Source of the DNA: an uncultured Planctomycetaceae bacterium
GTDB taxonomy: Bacteria; Planctomycetota; Planctomycetia; Planctomycetales; Planctomycetaceae
DNA: 64,000 nucleotides
Assembly (NCBI GenBank): GCA_963976765.1
Contig: CAXBME010000022.1
Coordinates: forward strand, 62,001-126,000
Direction of reading: 5' to 3'
Shown here: positions 62,001 through 64,000 of the stretch, piece after piece
How the letters are laid out: the number at the start of each line of letters is the position of its first letter
How positions within the stretch are numbered: position 1 is the first letter of the stretch
The notes under the pieces: model-generated
The model's database searches: none
What the model saw: only the letters and a program-made list of their open reading frames with translations
Told to the model about the DNA's origin: nothing
Position numbers and translations under genes: made by a program

Positions 62001-63855
62001 AACGGTGCTGCCTCATATTTCGATCCAGGGAACCGGAGACGGGACGTTTGACTTTTACTCGTTCACCGTGGCGAACGCGGGTGATTCCGCGATCTTCGAC
62101 ATCGACTTTGGTTTTGGTGTGTCGAACACCGGAATTCAGAGTGCTGATAGTTTCGATTCTCAACTGTTCCTGTTCGATTCCTTTGGCAACCCGCTTACTA
62201 CTCGAGTTCAAGGTAACGATTCAGCGTTCGACGCGGGTTCTTCCTCTATGTTGGACTCGTTCCTTGAGTTCACATTCTCGACACCTGGTACTTACGTCGT
62301 CGGCGTGGCTCGTTCTTCAGCGAGTGCCGTCGTGGGCGGCATCAGTGGTGCGGGTGTACCGAACGGTTCTGATTACACACTTCACGTGTCGGTGCAGAAC
62401 CATCCGACTTCCGGTGCAGCGGCACCAACGGTTGTTCCAACGCGAACGTTCGGCGACACACTGGTCGGTGGCTCCGGCGACGGAAACGGGCAGGGCGACC
62501 TGTTCTTCGGCTCGCCGGGTGATGACCTGATTATCGGCAGCAACGAAAACGACACGATCTTTGCAGGCGACGGCATGGACTCGATCTTCGCTGGCTCCGG
62601 TGATGACATCATCAACGGCGAAGGCGGCAACGACACCATCCGAGGCAACGGCGGATCAGACACGATCGATGCGGGTGCGGGTGATGACAATGTCTCCTGG
62701 TCGATTAACGACGGCAACGATTCGATCAAAGCAACCGACGGGCTCGACACCATCGATCTCAACGGTACGACCGCCGCTGACACGTTCAACATTTCGGGAA
62801 CCGGCACGGTCCTGCAGATTTCTGCGGACGTGGCAGGTCCGACACTCGACCCTGTGGTGTCAATCGACAGCGGAACGATGATCGTCAACGTCAACGGTCT
62901 GGCCGGCAACGACACGTTCAACTTTGCGTCGATCGATCTGGTCAACGACATCCTGCTCAACGTCAACGGCGGAGCCGGGCAGGACATGATCAATGCCAAC
63001 GGCGTTGACCTGTCGGGAATTCGCGTGGCCTTTGACGCTGGCGACGGTAACGACACGATCCTTGGTGGAGCGGGTGCTGAAACCATCGTCGGCGGCGCTG
63101 GCAACGACATGATTAATGGCGGCGGCGGCGACGACTCGCTGGACGGTGGAACGGGCGACGATGTTCTGGTCGGCGGCGACGGCAACGATACCATTCGAGG
63201 TGGTCTGGGCATTGACCGAATCGACGGTGGCAACGGCGATGACTCGCTCGACGGTGGTTTTAACAATGACACGATCAACGGCCAGGCCGGCGACGACTCG
63301 ATCGATGGCGGCCAGGCCGACGACCTGATCAACGGCGGCGACGGCAACGATACGCTGCTGGGTTCTGACGGCGATGACACCATCGACGGCATGGCTGGAT
63401 CGGACTTCCTGGTCGGCGGTTCCGATAACGACTCACTGTCAGGCGGCACGGGCGGTGACACCATCCGGGGCGGCGATGGCGACGACGTCATTAACGGCGA
63501 CGACGGCGGAGATGTCATCAACGGCGGCGATGGCCAGGACTCGATCTTCGGTGGCGAGGACGATGACACAATCACCGGCGGCGACGGCAACGATTTCATT
63601 CAGGGCCAGGCGGGAGAAGACATTCTGCTCGGCGGCGACGGCAATGACATCATCGGTGGCGGCGGTGGACGTGACGTTCTGCTCGGCGGTGACGGTGACG
63701 ACAGCCTGAACGGCAACTCGGGAACCGACACGCTGGCAGGCAATCAGGGCACAGACAATGTGGCCGATCCAACCGGAGCCGACGACATCGACGAGCAGTT
63801 CAGGCTGGATGCCGCAATTGCGATTCTGCTCGAAACACTGGCACCGACGGCGTAA
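59065..63855 (+). CDS. large RTX-repeat exoprotein with beta-propeller, leishmanolysin(M8)-like zinc metallopeptidase and PPC-like domain
   Basis: Leader ending EVLEERTLLS; three RTX blocks; HEMGHALG (61249), SHW, ELMT; EIEPND...DFYSFT...GTYVVGV. Confidence 0.9.
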   Translation: MQFQTWLEALRLRVRKNPQRSSAARRKASRQRPAEVLEERTLLSVSSLIINGELSILSDDADSIEVRTNPVDGVSLQVIENGLQSTTLGNVAVADITSISIRGGSGANRIDLSGVTAADFTGLTSVSITGGDGDDTITGTVDLNDTIIAGDGNDTVTVGIGATFVDGGDGHDTITAGAGDDTIEGGDGHDLIMAGAGNDSVQAGDGNDTVSGEAGDDTIDAGDGDDLINGNAGQDLINGGFGNDMLMGDADDDTVFGGAGEDIIGGGDGNDSLVGNSQNDTISGEAGDDSISAGSGDDVVTGGAGNDFMNGQAGDDTLDGEDGNDLAYGGGGDDQVAGGEGDDTLIGNGGADTLLGDNGRDSLVGGAGSDRLEADSIRVDPNTNQPRSRLFALAIDGNNQFVELDPATGAELFRLTAPEPFSGQQDGLAFDGTDLFYLNGSGTDTLYQIDPATQTVRDADPITVGSGEYDGVAVVGGLVYIMDVNAIDIHVFDPATDSIVNTLNINTVNPTVSVLIGGLAGAANPDRLIATETGGNRIVEIDPLTGLITNSFTPGTVGAGQYFGAAVVNGEIYLGSGLQSSYDVFSRQGIFLRSVSLPYNVSGLGGDDVGTTPIIPGQTPQNTFNIDVRFTGNFSASQQAAFNAAAARWEQIIVGDVPDVFVPGIGQVDDIVIEARSISIDGPNGVLGQTAVVAQRVVSNLPSASFIELDTSDLALLESSGQLSNTILHEMGHALGFGIIWSELGLISGANGPDPQFLGPLSIAEYNLRFGTNATGVPVENMGGAGTADSHWRESVLSNELMTGFLDAGVANPITRLTVAQFADLGYQVDFAAADSLNLTSTFTSANLVQDRQRINGRLTGQFIPLGSAGANISVEESFTGSSYGVIPTVQGKTRVLDYSPMMVVPGLDATKAQTMTATEAAALLSSGQLPKAGSGLVSLVVPEIEPNDGLTSAINIDNLGFSLDFDPNITDTLGINTSTVLPHISIQGTGDGTFDFYSFTVANAGDSAIFDIDFGFGVSNTGIQSADSFDSQLFLFDSFGNPLTTRVQGNDSAFDAGSSSMLDSFLEFTFSTPGTYVVGVARSSASAVVGGISGAGVPNGSDYTLHVSVQNHPTSGAAAPTVVPTRTFGDTLVGGSGDGNGQGDLFFGSPGDDLIIGSNENDTIFAGDGMDSIFAGSGDDIINGEGGNDTIRGNGGSDTIDAGAGDDNVSWSINDGNDSIKATDGLDTIDLNGTTAADTFNISGTGTVLQISADVAGPTLDPVVSIDSGTMIVNVNGLAGNDTFNFASIDLVNDILLNVNGGAGQDMINANGVDLSGIRVAFDAGDGNDTILGGAGAETIVGGAGNDMINGGGGDDSLDGGTGDDVLVGGDGNDTIRGGLGIDRIDGGNGDDSLDGGFNNDTINGQAGDDSIDGGQADDLINGGDGNDTLLGSDGDDTIDGMAGSDFLVGGSDNDSLSGGTGGDTIRGGDGDDVINGDDGGDVINGGDGQDSIFGGEDDDTITGGDGNDFIQGQAGEDILLGGDGNDIIGGGGGRDVLLGGDGDDSLNGNSGTDTLAGNQGTDNVADPTGADDIDEQFRLDAAIAILLETLAPTA

Positions 63856-63914
63856 CAGCCAAACGATACAGGCGGCGATGGGAGAGGCTGATTTGCTGAA
63901 AGACTGAGGGGGGA

Positions 63915-63957
63915 GCACAGCGGACACCGGGCTTCTGGTGTCCGCTGTGTGTGTTTC
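63915..63957 (+). terminator. terminator-like hairpin
   Basis: 13-bp stem cacagcggacacc/ggtgtccgctgtg, then tgtgtttcc. Confidence 0.7.
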
Positions 63958-64000
63958 CGGAGCTTCTTCCGACTCTCGCAACCAGATAGTACACTCCCGA

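Noticed and set aside
62100..62400. Lower-GC patch in the PPC-like domain suggesting a domain swap
   Set aside because: Two hand-counted lines gave 47-52% GC, but amino-acid composition (versus Gly/Asp-rich RTX) could explain it. The evidence is insufficient.
62382..63599. 405-aa Ser/Pro-rich minus-strand ORF (also 59313-59990 and 57566-58402)
   Set aside because: Mirror translation of the Gly/Asp RTX and FG-GAP repeats.

Overview
64 kb of bacterial chromosome, inferred to be Planctomycetota (Planctomycetaceae-like). The basis is E-x-x-E-x-R-x-LLS exoprotein leaders, a TIGR03067-like domain in a zinc-finger/Ser-Thr kinase, a planctomycete-style ECF sigma factor and a secreted PQQ-like propeller. 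Most of the window is housekeeping: trpBA, adk, purL, tyrA, an rlmL-like methylase, topA, cobA-hemD, gmhA, sdhCAB, transporters and hydrolases. The accessory parts are: (i) a lower-GC ECF sigma / GYF_2 / HEAT cluster at the left edge, including an ORF of more than 500 codons missing from the supplied track; (ii) a SUFU-domain gene plus a multidomain kinase bracketed by nested repeats; (iii) two divergent RTX-repeat exoproteins that share N- and C-terminal motifs, one with a leishmanolysin-like metallopeptidase, separated by a G-rich 740 bp region. Intergenic DNA carries at least four short palindromic repeat families, often butted against stop codons, plus a MITE-like remnant and a candidate small RNA or attenuator at about 12.53-12.70 kb. 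I recognised no rRNA, tRNA, CRISPR array, transposase, integrase or reverse transcriptase. All calls come from motif recognition by eye. No database search was run, and adjusted start codons are best guesses.
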